DNA from: the human T2T-CHM13v2.0 reference genome, Homo sapiens | DNA length: 64,000 nucleotides | NCBI RefSeq assembly: GCF_009914755.1 | Contig: NC_060939.1 | Strand: one strand, 5' to 3' | Part shown: piece after piece, positions 63,401 to 64,000 of the stretch | How positions within the stretch are numbered: the stretch's first letter is position 1 | Layout of the letters: every line of letters starts with the position of its first letter | Position numbers and translations under genes: made by a program | Notes under the pieces: model-generated | The model's database searches: none | Told to the model about the DNA's origin: nothing | Seen by the model: the letters and a program-made list of their open reading frames with translations, nothing else

Positions 63401-64000
63401 AAAAGGAAATATCTTCACATAAAAACTACATAGAAGCATTCTGAAAAACTTCTTTGTGATGTGTGCATTCGTCTCACAGAGTTGAAACTTTCTTTTGGTT
63501 GAGTAATTTTGAATCTCTCTTTTTGTAGAATCTGCAAGTGCATATTTAGAGGACTTGGAGGCATATGGGGGAAAAGGTAATATCTTCACAAAAAAATAAG
63601 CAGAAGCATTCTGAGAAACTTCTTTGTTATGTGTGTATTCATCTCACAGAGTTGAAACTATCTTTTGATAGGGCAGTTTTGAAACTCTCTTTTTGTAGAA
63701 TCTGCAAGGGGATATTTGGAGCCCTTGTGACCCATGGTGGAAAAAGAAATATTTTAACAAAAAAACTGCATGGAAGCATTCTGAGAAACTTCCTTGTGAT
63801 GTGTGTTTTCATCTCACAAAGTTGAACCTTTCTTTTGATTGAGCAGTTTGGAAACACTCTTTTCATAGAATCTGCACGTGGATATTTGGAGGGCATTTTG
63901 GCCAATGGTGGAAAAGGAAATATCTTCACATAAAAACTACACAGAATTACTCTGATAAACTGCTTTTGATGTGTGCATTCAATTCAGAGTTGAACCTATC
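60410..64000 (+). repeat. Alpha satellite, diverged A-type monomers, right of the SVA
   Basis: About 21 monomers of ~171 bp in the same orientation as the left block. No CENP-B box was seen. The block continues past the window end. Confidence 0.97.

Noticed and set aside
54869-63929. Short ORFs in alpha satellite (e.g. ...FYVKIFPFPP)
   Set aside because: They are recurrent translations of the 171-bp monomer.
54852-64000. Active centromeric HOR array or CENP-B boxes
   Set aside because: The monomers are highly diverged, carry the A-type pJ-alpha motif and show no TTCG....A..CGGG. A retroelement insertion has been retained.

Overview
Non-coding hominoid (human or great-ape) pericentromeric DNA with no credible protein-coding gene. 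Bases 1 to ~54851 are a diverged Human Satellite 3-type array of (GGAAT/GGAGT)n with the purine strand on +. It is punctuated by 62 hand-counted, co-oriented ~60-bp Alu 3'-end cassettes, plus one truncated copy. These cassettes change sequence type and density at ~41.5 kb and mark a ~4.4-kb higher-order repeat. At ~54852 the array switches abruptly to diverged alpha satellite (~171-bp monomers, no CENP-B box seen), which has three internal zones. The alpha satellite is interrupted by a full-length antisense SVA retrotransposon (58584-60407). Its 14-bp target-site duplication also encloses a ~215-bp L1MA-like segment with its own poly(A) signal, which indicates a 3' transduction. All listed ORFs are by-products of repeats. 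I found no new protein-based system. The most interesting signals are the Alu-tail/HSat3 composite satellite and the SVA transduction. Coordinates and counts were read by eye; internal repeat boundaries are approximate.
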